Shown piece after piece: positions 25,536 to 43,711 of a DNA stretch of 64,000 nt; the first letter of the stretch is position 1; each line of letters begins with the position of its first letter. The DNA comes from Octopus vulgaris (lineage: Eukaryota): positions 107,136,001 through 107,200,000 of the forward strand of contig OX597821.1 in NCBI GenBank assembly GCA_951406725.2. The letters are read 5' to 3'. The position numbers and the translations under genes were made by a program. The notes under the pieces were generated by a model, which was not told the origin of the DNA, made no database searches, and saw nothing but the letters and a program-made list of their open reading frames with translations.

Positions 25536-26302
25536 TTGCCAAACATTTAAACAAAATTTTCTCAAAACAACTTGTCCGACCGATCCTGATTTAACCTAAA
25601 TTTGAGATACCGGCAAAAGAGGAAATAAAGATAGACTTAAAGATAGACTTTTTCCATTCCAAAGAAAAAGATTTTATTCACGCAAATATGCAAACGAAGA
25701 GTTTAAAGTACCAGTAATGATAAGGCTGTTGACTGGGAGAACACAAACATGGTTTAAACAGTAAGCTTGGCAGGAAAGAAACGTGCCTCTAAATAGTACA
25801 AAAACAATGGAAGAAAAGCAGGACTTCAGCGGCTTTATCGATCCCATTCTCACCAAGAATCGATTTTTGTACTTTTTTCAAGACTTATATACGCCCTGAT
25901 TCCGTCGGTATCAACATATCACATTTGAGCCCAATAGGATGGAGGATTCACGAGATCAGAGAAGACATACAGCCAGACAGACAGAACGGATATATATATA
26001 TATTTAGCAAAGTCCAAGAATAAAGACAGAGAACGAGAGATAGATAGATCGAACGCAAAGCAAAATTCTATGGTTGGAGACATAATAGTCATAATGGTAG
26101 TAATGGAAGATCTTTTTCCATTATATCACCTCTATCTCATGTTCATCTTTGGGAATCAAAAGATACAAGACGGATATCGGAAGGAAATATATCACATAAT
26201 TCCAAAGACCGATTTAATTAGGATAACATCTTCGATATTTTTATGATGTGTTATGGAAAATTAAATTAAAGAATAATTGCGATTATATATTATATGACTT
26301 AC

Positions 26303-27080
26303 CGATTTATTAAAACGAAACTAATCCACATCGTCCTGATCAAAAGCATCGTGTTCAACGAAGCCACAAATAATACGGAATTATGTTCAGGGAAAGTATT
26401 TTGAAATAAAAGATTTATAATTATATAAGTAGCAACACAACATCCAGTAATACTAATGAGTACGATAAATCCCGAAGACAATTGAAATGGTTCTTTACAA
26501 AATTCAGTGTTTTACTCAGACTATCATGTGAGTTACATATTTCTGGAATCTCTTTATATTTCTTAAAGAAATACGAAATATTTGAATGCTTTTCTTTTAC
26601 GTATCTCTCAGCCTCGCTCGCTTATTTATTAAACTCATACTGCAGTGCAGTCCCAATTTCCATATTGATATACCAATCATAGAGTATGCACGTAAATAAT
26701 ATAAAACCAAATAAAATGAAAATTAATGAAATAATAAATTCAAGAGTTTTTCTGGTATTTAAATAATTTTTTGAGGATTTCCGAACGTTGTACATCAAAA
26801 CGAGAGAACGTATACTATGATATTGAGTATAATAGGCGGCATCAACATCACTATAGAAAGAGATATAAAAGAATATATTATGTTATTGTTATAGAATGTT
26901 TCATCGTCTTCTTTAATTGTAAGTTCGGTGAATGCTTCGCGTATTCTTTCTCTTTAGATTTACTGAAGAATTTGATCAGACCGTAGATTGATATGAAACA
27001 CAGAAGAAATAGTGCATAAATATATACAATTATACGATCAGTTGTTAACTTCTGGTATGGGAGATAAAAACAGACACGCA
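26303..27080 (-). pseudogene. Degenerate Grl-like exon, copy D (gamma type)
   Basis: Homologous pieces IYALFLLCFISIYGLIKFFSKSKEKE and SSGFIVLISITGCCVATYII, with frameshifts. No recognisable N-terminus/TM1; a microsatellite and a SINE-like piece lie upstream. Donor GTAAGT retained. Confidence 0.85.
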
Positions 27081-27086
27081 AATACA

Positions 27087-27163
<77 letters not shown>

Positions 27164-27311
27164 GCATGTTTTCGACAGGCTGCTTTACGTTTTCCTCTAC
27201 CAAACACACTGACAAGTGTTTTGTAAGCCCAAAGCAATGGTAGAAGACGTGTGCAATACGGAAGCGAAACCGTGCGGTTGGGAAGCAGGCTTCTTACCAG
27301 CAAGACATTTC

Positions 27312-27369
<58 letters not shown>

Positions 27370-27479
27370 TATATATTTATAAATATAATCTGTTCTCTGT
27401 CATTTTAACTGTACATAGGTATGATTAAGTGTTGTGTTTCTGCATAAAGGTGTAAATATATATACATATATGTATATAT

Positions 27480-27537
<58 letters not shown>

Positions 27538-28046
27538 TATATACACAGATAGGTGTTTGTGTTATATGTTATGTTTGTTGTGTGTGTCTGTGTGTTTGTG
27601 TGCGTATACATGTGTTTGTATTTGTATATGCGGTGGAGTTGGCGCTAAAAATATCCTCGTTTTAAGGATGTCACGAAAAGCCTTCTTCGAGCCTCGAAAT
27701 TCTGTATCCTTTTACATGGCTTAGAGAGACTTAAACACCGCTGCAACAGGGGCGTGAATTGCAGCGTGATTGAGGGAACTATGTTCGTGAAAATCATAAC
27801 CTACTGATCCTATTGTATTTTCTTTCGTGGAAACCAGGAACATTTCCGAGCACAATCGTATAAATATATGCATCTGTGGGTGAGTGTGTGTGTGAGTGTT
27901 TGTGTGTGTGTATCATCTTTATATATGTATGTTTCTCTAAACAATTCTACACACGACCATTACACACAGATAAACACAGGCACACACTAACACGCATATA
28001 CACACAGTTATATATACGTACATATGTATATGTTTATTATGTAAAC

Positions 28047-28084
<38 letters not shown>

Positions 28085-28090
<6 letters not shown>

Positions 28091-28281
28091 TTTATAGAAG
28101 GAGCTTCTACAGGACTAGAACTGTTTCTTTCAAAAGAAATCATCAGGAAGCATCCTGATGATTTCTTTTGAATGAAACAGTTCTAGTCCTGTATAAGCTC
28201 CTTCTATAAAATAAATTAATTTACTCTGCTATGTATTGAGTACCTTATTTACTGTGGTTAACCGCGACTCAACCCGGGACC

Positions 28282-28284
<3 letters not shown>
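28085..28284. mobile_element. Short palindromic Penelope-like pLTR remnant in (TA)n
   Basis: 28085-28148 is inverted against 28153-28216. Contains the hammerhead-like core CTGATGA...GAAA...GTC. Confidence 0.6.
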
Positions 28285-28370
<86 letters not shown>

Positions 28371-28373
28371 GTG

Positions 28374-28429
<56 letters not shown>

Positions 28430-29159
28430 TAGATATATATGTGCGTATGTATGTATATAACAATAATAATAACGATACGATGGAAACAGGCCCAACTTAT
28501 GGGATTTAATATCCCTGGAGGCTTGGTTTCCAAACTTAGTACGAACCGTGTCTCGATAAAAAGACCGGTTGCTGGCTAACATTGAAACAAACAAACTCAA
28601 TTTTCGGGAATTGTGTCTAAAGAAATGTATCAAAAAATGGTGTTAATAAGCCAATGATAACGCCTTTCGACCGAAAGTGCAATGTGTTTGAGCCCGGCAT
28701 GTCTATTCGTCATCCAGAAATTGTTTGTACACAAAGCCAGACGAGAAGAATCAGGAAATTAATACGTAGCTGAAAACAATGAATAACATGAAAAGAATGG
28801 ATAACGTCGCAGGTAACAAGCACGTAACGCATGCAACACTCCAGAAGGTCCAACAAAACCTGTGATAAAGAGGTTCAATGGCATGCGTTTCAACAAATTA
28901 CATGACTTTACAATCAGAGACTGTATCATTGCGATGTGAACAATATCGGTCGTATCGTCCGTCATCATCCGGTTCTTCAACATCATTATCATATTCATCG
29001 GGTGATAAGGCCTCAGTGGATGAATTACAGAGGGACTTTTATGCATTTTACCCAAATCAAAGTTCAATGTAGCTGCATGGATATTTCCATATGCACTTGG
29101 AATGGCGAAGTACATAATATCTAGTTTTGTGTTTTATATATATATATACATATATATAT

Positions 29160-29194
<35 letters not shown>

Positions 29195-29272
29195 CTTAGA
29201 TAGGCAGGTAAATAAATAGACAGATATAGATATAGATATATACATAGATACAGATATACATATACATATATG

Positions 29273-29346
<74 letters not shown>

Positions 29347-30941
29347 AGGTAATTGCGTATCAATACTGTCACCACTCGTACAAATGATTAACCTGCCGTA
29401 TAGTATTTTAAACTTTGACATTTACTTGATATACCAGAGAGATAAACAAGCAAAATATTACACTTTTAACCATATTTAACGTTTCCTTATTCTTCTCTAG
29501 GCTCTTCCTTTTTTTTTTTCCATCTCATTAAGCTCCATGTTTAAGAAAGATATTTTTAGCATGTCAATGGCAATAGAAATTGAAGTAGAAACAGCTCTTA
29601 GATAGGATGCACTCTATTTGTATTGAATTAAATAATAATAGTTGAAGTCATTCAATTGTTTTCTCAATATGTTTCCATTTTCTGTCATATATAAAAATAT
29701 AAATATATATATATGTTTCTATGTATGTGTGTATGTATGCATGGCTGTATTTTAGTAATCTATCAGTAGTGCTCTGTGAGTACTCTATTACACTTTTCTG
29801 TATAAACTTTTCTACTGCTATGAAGCCTCTCCCAACTTGATCTGTCCCCATTTACAGCCAGTTGACATCAGCGATCGGTTGTTGGGCTCCATACTGTTTT
29901 TGTTTTTGCAATTAATATTCTTACTATTTTTATTATTATTATTATCATCATCATCATCATTATCATTATTATCATTATTATTATTATTAATATTATTATT
30001 ATTAATATTATTATTATTATTATTACTATTATCGTTATTATTATTATTATTATCATCATTCAGTGGTTTATTTTTATCACGCGCGTTCACTGAACTACAA
30101 AACGGAGCTCTGTGTGCCTTGGGTAAGTGTTATGGTTTGTTGTGGTGCTCTTACGAATACTGTATTGAAAATAATTTGAGAAGGATTATTACTGTTGCTG
30201 TTGTTGTTGTTTTTGTTTAGTTGTTCTTGTGGTTGTTGTTTTTAAATAGTAGAATAATTAGGTGAAGGAAGAGGACGAGCAAGAGCAGGTTGAACAGAAG
30301 AAAGAAGGAAAAATAAAAAAAAGAAGGAAGTAAAGAAATAAGGAAATAATGAAATAAATACGTGACCCAAAAAAGAAAATAAAACTCCTGGGAAATCCAA
30401 AAACATCAGTGGAGCATTATTAATTTTATAATGACGTCTTCAAAAAATTTCTGTTGTTGACATCACTTATTGTTATTGAATTATTAGAAGGTCGTAACAT
30501 TGTCTGCTAGAAATAAAACCATTACTAGCATTGGCCATATCGCGTTTATGTGAACAGATTTTTAACTATTCACGCAAACCCTCATCATTTCTTGAATAAA
30601 TGAGAACTTGTGTGGCATCCCTATTGCCTTTAACAAAGAACTGTTGCAAAGTCCCGGGACAAAGAGAAAGTTTGAATGAATGATGGAATGAGAAAAGAAT
30701 TAGATGGTGGTAGAAATAATAGACCTAGTGGTAATGATTGCAGATTTTCCTCCATTTTTTTACCTCTATCTCATGTTCACATTTGGGAATCAAAAGATGC
30801 AGGACGGATATCAGAAGATAAGATATCACATAAATTTAAAACACCGAGGAAATTGGGATAACATATACGACATCTTTTATGATGTAATATGTTATATAGA
30901 ACTGAATAAAAAGTACGATTATATATCATTATACAACTTAC

Positions 30942-31892
30942 CGATTCATTTAAACGAACTCCAATCCGTATCATTGTCATCAGAAGAATCATGTTCACAG
31001 AAGCCACAAACATAATGGAAAGGTAATGAGTGAGCATCATTTTGTATGAATTATTTATAATTATATAGGTAGCAATACAACATCCAGTAATACTAACGAG
31101 TGAGATAAATCCCGAAGACAATTGAAATGATGCATTTACTAAATTCAGTGTTTTACTCAGAGTATCATGTGAGTTACATATTTCTGGAATCTCTTTATAT
31201 TTCTTAAAGAAATACGAAGTATTTGAATGCTTTTCTTTTACGTATATCTCAGCCTCTCTCGCTACTTTATTAAACTCATACTGCAGTGCAGTTCCAATTG
31301 CCATATTGATATACCAATCATATAGGATGCAGGTAAATAATATACTATCAAATAAATAGAAAATTAACATAATACTAAATTCAAGAGTTTCGATGCTGCT
31401 TAAATATTTTGTTGAGCAATTCCAAACATAGTTCATGAGAATCAAGTGAACGATGTTCTTCAGAGCGAGTAAAATTGGCGACAGCAATACAACTATAGAA
31501 AGTGATATAAAAGAAAATATTATGTTATTGTTATAGAATTTTTCATCGTCTTCTTCAATTTTAAATTCGGTAAATGCTTCGAGTATTTCTTCGTCTTTAG
31601 ATTTTCGGAAGAATTTGATCAGACAGTAGAGTGAAAGCAAACACTTAAAAAAAAGTGCATAAATAAATACAAATATTCCATCACTTATGCTATGAAACAA
31701 TTCTATTATAGTATACATAGATATAATGAGGTTTGTAATCAGAAATACAGGATACAGGATGTAAAAGGCAGAGATACAGACATTTTTACATTTGAGAGAT
31801 TTCAGTGATATGTTCATTAGTGATACCTTAGAAATATTAATTTTTCCATAAAATTGTAATATTTTGTAGAATCGTTTTTCTTTTAGTTCCAT
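30942..31892 (-). CDS. Grl/7TMIC-like TM1-6 exon, copy E (beta length, mosaic, 317 codons, intact)
   Basis: Open from ATG 31892 to TCG|GTAAGT at 30942. Six hydrophobic segments. Confidence 0.8.
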
Positions 31893-32461
31893 ACTTTTTT
31901 AATAAAATATTTCTCACAACTTCTTTATAGAGCGTTAAACACGTTGATATAAAACAGAGAGGCTTTGTTTTTGTTTAAGATCTGCAAGCCTTCAATTTAG
32001 CTTCTAAATTAAGCTATGAGCGTTGCTAAGCTTCGTGTGTCACGAAAGAACTGGAAATAAGGATATCGGATAAAGCTGTTATATAATGTCTCCCGCTTTG
32101 TTTTTATGTAAGTATTACTTCAAATCTGTTGCTATGGATTTAAAATACACGTCAAATTGAATATTACTCGATAAGCTTCTTAAGATATAAAGCTTAAATG
32201 ATTTATATTCAATCAACACTTTTTAAAGCTTATAGGAAAATGAATTCCAACAATCTATTATGAATTTATGTGTGATATTACACTGATGTTCATTTGACTT
32301 TCGCTTGTATATTAATTACAATATCGATATTTTATTCTTTTCCATTAGTTTCTATTGTATTGAGCGTTGGTTCCAAATTCATGTGCATTGACTAGTTCTA
32401 TTATCTGCGACGTATGAGATTTGTCTTTTATATAAGATTTGTCTTACATATAAGATATCAA

Positions 32462-32503
<42 letters not shown>

Positions 32504-33083
32504 ACACCGTTTGAAAATGCAATTTCAAAGATATTTAATCACTTGACCGGTTTCACTTTTTAGAAACATTTTGTCTAAATCAAAATACAAGCCTTTGTAA
32601 AAGCTTTGTTGTGTTAAGTACTGGTTGTCACAAAATATCGTAATACATATATACATTCCTTGATAAAAATTAAAAAACATTAAAAACAGTTTACTATGAA
32701 ATATCTTCAGAAACTATTAAAAAGTTCATTAGAAATATTAGAGAAACTGAAGTAAGGCTGCAATAGTTTCGTGGGTGGAAGAGTAAGGGAGCTCTGTTCA
32801 GGGAATCATAACCGATTGAACTTCTTGTATTTTAATTTTGCCGAAGCCAGACACATTTCCGAATACACTCTCTAATATATATAAGCGCGCGCGTGTGTGT
32901 GAGTGTATTAACAGTTACATTTATATTTGATTACAGTATAGTCCGTATAATCCGCAGTTATCCATTTGATCAACGTCATTAATCCATTTCATTAGGTGAA
33001 AACATATCCCTTTTTACCAAGACAAAGACTAACGTAGCTATGTGGATATTTCCGTGTGTACATGGAATGGAGAAGTACTTGAG

Positions 33084-33145
<62 letters not shown>

Positions 33146-33618
33146 GCAAGAAAAAGGCCCCCGTCCTATAGACGGGTATCAGTTGTCGATCATTTGAACC
33201 AAAATTTCTCAAAACAATTTGTCCGACCGTTCCATAGTCCTCGCCTTAAAGAAACACTGATTTAATTTGAGACACCAGCAAAAGAAGATACAAATATTTT
33301 CCCATTCCAAAGAAAAAGATTTTATTCACGCAAATATGCAAATGAAGATTTTAAAAAACCAGTAATACAAGGCAAAATTGTATGGTGGACGAAATAATAA
33401 TCATTGTAGTAGCAATAGAAGATGTTTTCCATTATTTCTACTCTATCTCATGTTCACCTTTGAGAATCAAAAGATGTAAGACAGATATCGGAAGGAAAGT
33501 TATCACATAATTTTAAAAGACCGATTTAATCGGGATAATATCTTCGATATCTTCTATGATGTAATATGTAAAATAAAATTAAAGAATTACTGTGATTATA
33601 TATTATTATATAACTTAC

Positions 33619-34072
33619 CGATATATTAAAACGAACTCCAATCCACCTCGTCCTGATCAAAAGCAGCATGTTCAACGAAGCCACAAATGATACGGAAGTG
33701 TGTTCAGAGAATGTATTTTGAAATGAATTATTTATAATTATATAAGTAGCAACAAAACATCCAGTAATACTAATGAGTACGATAAATGCCGAAGACAATT
33801 GAAATGCTTCATTTACTAAATTCAGTGTTTTAATCAGAGTATCATGTGAGTTACATATTTCTGGAATCTCTTTATATTTCTTAAAGAAATACGAAGTATT
33901 TGAATGCTTTTCTTTTATGCATTCCTCAGCCTCGCACGCTACTTTATTAAACTCATACTGCAGTGCAGTCCTAATTGCCATATTAATATACCAATCAAAA
34001 AGTATGCACGTAGATGATATATACAATTATACGATCAGTTGTTAAGCTCTGGTATGGGTGATAAAGACAGAC

Positions 34073-34075
<3 letters not shown>
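33619..34075 (-). pseudogene. Grl-like exon, copy F (gamma type), internally deleted
   Basis: TCILFDWYINMAIRTALQYEFNK...GVRFNIS|GTAAGT. About 0.3 kb covering TM2-TM4 is missing at ~34015 relative to copies D and J. Confidence 0.85.
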
Positions 34076-34122
<47 letters not shown>

Positions 34123-34269
34123 CATATTTTAGACAGGCTGCTTTAAGTTTTCCTCAACCAAACACACTGACAAGGGTTTTATCAGCCCAAGGCAATGGTA
34201 GAAGACACGTGCCAAACGAAAGCGAAACCGTGCGGTTGGGAGGCAAGCGTCTTACCAACAAAACATTTC

Positions 34270-34348
<79 letters not shown>

Positions 34349-34732
34349 GTTCTCTGTCATTTTATCTGTACCTAGGTATGATTAAATGTGTGTGTTTCTG
34401 TATAAAGGTGTAAGTATATATACATATATGTATGTATATATATACAACTGTTGACCTGTGGTACAGATGTATATGTATATGTACCACAGTTGAAACATCG
34501 TGTCGCAATCTAAAACATTGAAGACTGCTTAAATGCAAGAAGGTATATTAGTCCCTTACTATTTGATATTCAATATTTCATCTATTCAATAAGACAATCA
34601 ATACTTCATTTCATTTTAGTATACATACTATTTATACTATATATTCCATATTCTACATTAATATTATAAAGAATATAACTAAAACATAAGAAACCGAATG
34701 TAGGAATTCCTTTGAATAATATATATATACAC

Positions 34733-34774
<42 letters not shown>

Positions 34775-35252
34775 TAAGTTTATTGTGTGTGTCTCTGTGT
34801 TTATGTGCGTAAACATGTGTTTGTATTTCTATATGCGGTGGGGGGCGGTTGCTAAAAATATCCTCGCTTTAAGGATATCACGAAAAGCCTTGTTCGAGCC
34901 CCGAAATTTCGTATCCCTTTAATTGGCTTAGAGAAACTGAAGCACCATTGCAAAAGGAGCGTTAGTTGCAACGTGACTGAGGGAACTTCGTTCGGGAAAA
35001 TCATGACCGACTGATCCTATTGTATTCAATTTCGTCGAAACCAGGAACATTTCCGAACACAATCCTATAAATATAATCATATTTGTGTGAGTGTGTATGT
35101 GTGTGTGCGTGTGCGTATATGTATCATCTTTATATATGTATGTTTCTGTAAACAGTTCTACACATGAACATTACACACAGATAAACACAGGCACACACTA
35201 ACACGCATATACACACAGTTATATATATGTACATATGTATATGTTTATTATG

Positions 35253-35295
<43 letters not shown>

Positions 35296-35562
35296 GTGTG
35301 TGTAATTTTATGTATATATATATGCGTATATATATATATATATGTGAGTGAGTATGTACGTATATAACAATAATAATAACGATACGATGGATACAGGCCC
35401 AACTTATGGGTTTTAAGAGCCCTGTAGTCTTGGCTTCCAAACTTAGTACGAATGGTGTCTCGATAAAAAGACTGGTTGGTGGCTAACATTGAAACAAAAA
35501 AACTCAATGTTGGGGAAATGTGTCTAAAGAAACGTATCAAATAATGGTGTTAATAAGCCAAT

Positions 35563-38973
<3,411 letters not shown>

Positions 38974-39577
38974 CTTATAAGCAAGGGCTAAAGAAAATTA
39001 TTCCAAAGCCAATATACTGATTTTCCACATATAATCCACTTGCTACAGTGGATTATATGACTGTAACAATTGTAACGCCTTTCGCTAAAATGTGCAATGT
39101 GCTTGCGCAGCGTACGTCCATTCGTCATGCAGAAATTGCTTCTACACAAAACCAGACAATGAGAAGAATGAGGAAAGAAATATGTAGCTGAAAAGAATGG
39201 GTAACAACTTCGGGAACATCGCAGGTAACAAGCACTCAACGCATGCAACACTCCAGGAGGTTCAACAAAACCTCTGTTAAAGAGATTCAATGGCATCCGT
39301 TTCAACAAATTACATGACTTTAATATCAGAGACAGTATCATTGCGATGTGAACAGTATCGTTCGTATCGTCCGTGATTATCCGGTTCTTCAACATCATTA
39401 ATCAAATTCATCGGGCGATACAGCATCAGTGGATGAATTACAGTGTGATGTTTATGCATTTTAACCAAGTCGAAGTCCAATGTAGCTGCATGGATATATC
39501 CATGTGTATTTGGAATGGCGAAGTACATACTATCTAGTTTTGTGTTTTATATCTATATACATATATATATACATATA

Positions 39578-39785
39578 ACGGGAAGCTTTACGAAAATAAA
39601 CAAAAGACGAAGGCTGGTGGATTACAAACAAAGAATTGTATTAGTATGGCGCTCAGGAATAGAAATAAAACAATTCTTTTACGTTTCGAGCCTACGCTCT
39701 TCAACAGAAATATACACACAAAAGAAACACGGAGAGAAACAAGGAGAGAAAAAAAATGCGTGCAGAAGCTAACGATTCAACATTG
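39578..39785 (-). mobile_element. Short Penelope-derived repeat with a variant hammerhead; partial copies at ~7417-7590, 10442-10540, 46495-46670 and 47170-47270
   Basis: Minus strand 39675-39710: ttt-CTGTTGA-A-GAGC-gtag-GCTC-GAAA-CG-TA-aaaga. Confidence 0.5.
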
Positions 39786-40032
39786 TTTATACCTTTTATT
39801 CTTTTGAATAAGTATCAGTGGAATTTTTGAAACATATGTAGAAAGAAAAAATACTTGTTTAAACCTGCGTTGACTCCATTTTTTATTCCTATTATTCAAA
39901 TATTCAACGTAAACACGAAGTTTCAAACTTTATAAACAAGGAGTTACAACATCTTTACTTGTGAGATTTTGCTGCCCTGGTAACTATTCATTCATTTATC
40001 CGTGTTAATTGTTAACAAGGTAAAATACACTC

Positions 40033-40088
<56 letters not shown>

Positions 40089-40455
40089 CACAACATTATA
40101 TATAAATATATATATACAGATAGATAGATAGATACTTAGATAGGCAGGTAGATAGACGATATTGATACAGGCGGCAAGCTGGCAGAAACGTTAGCGCGCC
40201 GGTTGAAATTCTTAGCGGTATTTCGTCTGCGTTACGTTGTGAGTTCAAATTCCGCCGAGGTCGACTTTGCTTTTCATTCATTCGGGGTCGATAAATAAAA
40301 TACCATTTACGCACTAGGGTCGATGTAATCGATTTAATACCTATGTCTGTCCCTGTAGCCTCTTGTGGGTAATAAAGAAATAGATAAAGATAGATGGATA
40401 TATATATAGATACAGATATACATATACATGTATGTATGCATATATGTATATATAT

Positions 40456-41892
40456 ATATTGTTATATTTCGGAATGGTCATATTGCCAGTTTAGCCAATA
40501 AAAACACACGCACTATATATTTGGTGTTATTTTGCTTCAGTGATATTTATTTTTTACATTAATCTTAATCTTATTTCGGCCAAAGTTCTTTCGTCACACT
40601 CCTGTGACCGCATCAGTGGTCCTTTGTTTTCTTCTCACTTACTTGTGTCTCTCCTTACTAACCGTCAGCCATTTTGTATTTCTATTGTATGTCTTCATTT
40701 GCGCATGCTTATATCTCTATGTGCGTCTATGTTTATTTAGTGTGGGGGGGGGGGATGTCTGTAATATTTGTATCTTCTGGTTATATACATTCTTGTAATT
40801 TGTATTTTGTTTTTGTTGTTGTTGCTTTTGTTCTAATTTTGTTCATGTGTTTACATCCACCCATTATTATCATTACATATGCTTGTATGTATGTATAACA
40901 ACAATATTAGTAATAATAATAATAAATCTAATCGAGAAAAAAAAAAAAAAAAAAAAAAAAAAAGAATATACATATACATATATATATATATACATACATA
41001 TACATATACATATATATATATATACATATATACACACACATATACACATATACATATACACATATATACACATATACATACACATAGATATTCATTTCTA
41101 TTTCTTTAATTACCTGTGTATTTATTATGTTTGCAGGATCCACTATTGTCATATGTTGTGGTGTGCGCTATTGCTCCATTCTAGAATGGAGCAATAGCAC
41201 ACCCACAACATATGACAATAGTGGATCCTGCAAACATAATAAATACACAGGTAATTAAAGAAATAGAAATGAATATCTATGTGTATGTATATGTGTATAT
41301 ATGTGTATATGTATATGTGTATATGTGTGTGTATATATGTATATATATATATATGTATATGTATATGTATGTATATATATATATATGTATATGTATATTC
41401 TTTTTTTTTTTTTTTTTTTTTTTATCGATTAGATTTATTATTATTATTACTAATATTGTTGTTATACATACATACAAGCATATGTAATGATAATAATGGG
41501 TGGATGTAAACACATGAACAAAATTAGAACAAAAGCAACAACAACAAAAACAAAAATACAAATTACAAGAATGTATATAACCAGAAGATACAAATATTAC
41601 AGACATCCCCCCACACTAAATAAACATAGACGCACATAGAGATATAAGCATGCGCAAATGAAGACATACAATAGAAATACAAAATGGCTGACGGTTAGTA
41701 AGGAGAGACACAAGTAAGTGAGAAGAAAACAAAGGACCACTGATGTCACAGGAGTGTGACGAAAGAACTGAAAATAAGATTAAGATTAATGTAAAAAATA
41801 AATATCACTGAAGCAAAATAACACCAAATATATAGTGCGTGTGTTTTTATTGGCTAAACTGGCAATATGACCATTCCGAAATATAACAATAT
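40456..41892. repeat. ~1.44 kb spacerless palindrome centred at 41182/41183, probably an inverted Penelope-like pLTR
   Basis: Centre gctattgctccattct|agaatggagcaatagc. The arms differ by small indels. Hammerhead-like motif at 40578-40622 on the minus strand (cca-CTGATGCG-GTCACA-ggag-TGTGAC-GAAA-GAACTT-tgg). A 54-bp unpaired tail runs to 41946, then (TA)n. Confidence 0.85.
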
Positions 41893-41945
41893 CTGTTTCA
41901 ACACACGACTTCACATAAAAAATCTTGCACAACAAATATTTAAAC

Positions 41946-42020
<75 letters not shown>

Positions 42021-42678
42021 TGTGTCTGTGTGTGTTTGTGTGTGTGTTTGTGTATATCATTCCTGTTCTCACTCGTACCAAGGATTAACCTACCATATAC
42101 TATTTTAAACTTTGTCATTTACTTAGTGTACCAAAGAGATACACAAGCAAAATATTACACTTTTAACCATATTCAACGTTTCCTTATTCTTCTCTAGGCT
42201 CTTCCTTTTTATTTTTTCCTCCATCTGTTGAAGCTCCATGTTTCATATAGATATCTTTAGCATGTCAATGGCAATAGAAATAGAATTAGACACAGCTCTT
42301 AGATGGGATGCAGTCTATTTGTATTGAATTAAATAATAATAATTAATGTCATTCAATTGGTTTTCCTTAATATTTCTCCATTTTTTGTCATATATAAAAA
42401 TATAAATATAAACATATATATATATGTATGTGTGTATGTATGTACTCTAGTAATCTATCAGTAGTGCTCTGTAAGTACTCAACTACAATTTTCTGTATAA
42501 ATTTTTCTACTGCTGTGAAGGCCCTCCCAACATCATCTGTCCGCATTTACAGCCGGTTGACGTCAGCGATCAGTTGTTGAGCTTCATACTGTTATTATTT
42601 TTGCTATAAATTTTATTACTATTTTTATTATTATCATCATCATCATTATTATTATTATTGTTGTTGTTATTATTATTA

Positions 42679-42757
<79 letters not shown>

Positions 42758-43711
42758 CATTATTATTATTATTGTTATTATTATTATTATTATTATTATT
42801 TTTTTATTATTATCCTTATTATTATTATTGTTATTATTATTATTATTATTCAGTAGTTTTTTATATCATGCGCGTTCATTGCACTACAAAGCGGAGCTCT
42901 GTTTGCCTTGGGTAAGTGTTATGGTTTGTTGTGGTGCTCTTATTGTTAGTGTATTGAAAGTGATTTAAGAAGGATTATTATTGTTGCTGTTTTTGTTGTT
43001 TGTTATTTAGTTGTTCTCGTGGTTTCTGTTTTTAATTAGTAGAAAATCTAGGTGAAGGAAGAGGACGAGGAAGAGCAGGTTCAACAGAAGAAAGAAGGAA
43101 AAACAAAAAAAATGAAGGAAGTAAAGAAATAAGGAAATAATGAAATAAAAACATGACCCAAAAAAGAAAATAAAACTTCCGGGAAATCCGAAAACATCAG
43201 TGGAGAATTATTAATTTTATAATGACGTCTTCAAAAAATTTCTGTTATTGACATCACTTATTGTTATTGAATTATTAGAAGGTCGTAACATTGTCTGCTA
43301 CAAATAAAACCATTACAAACATTGGCCAATTTTTAACTATTCACACAAACCCTCATCATTTCTTGAATAAGTGAGAACTTGTGTGGCATCCCTATCACCT
43401 TTAACAAAGAACTGTTGCAAAGTACCGGGACAAAGAGAAAGTTTGAATGAATGATGGAATGAGAAAAAAATTAGATGGTGTTAGAATAATAGACCTAGTG
43501 GTAATGATGACAGATTTTCCTCCATTTTTTTACCTCTATCTCATGTTCACATTTGGGAATCAAAAGATGCAGGACGGATATCAGAAGATAAGATATCACA
43601 TAAATTTAAAACACCGATGAAATTGGGATAACATATACGACATCTTTTATGATGTATTATGTAATATAGAACCGAATAAAAAGTACGAATATATATTATT
43701 ATATAACTTAC

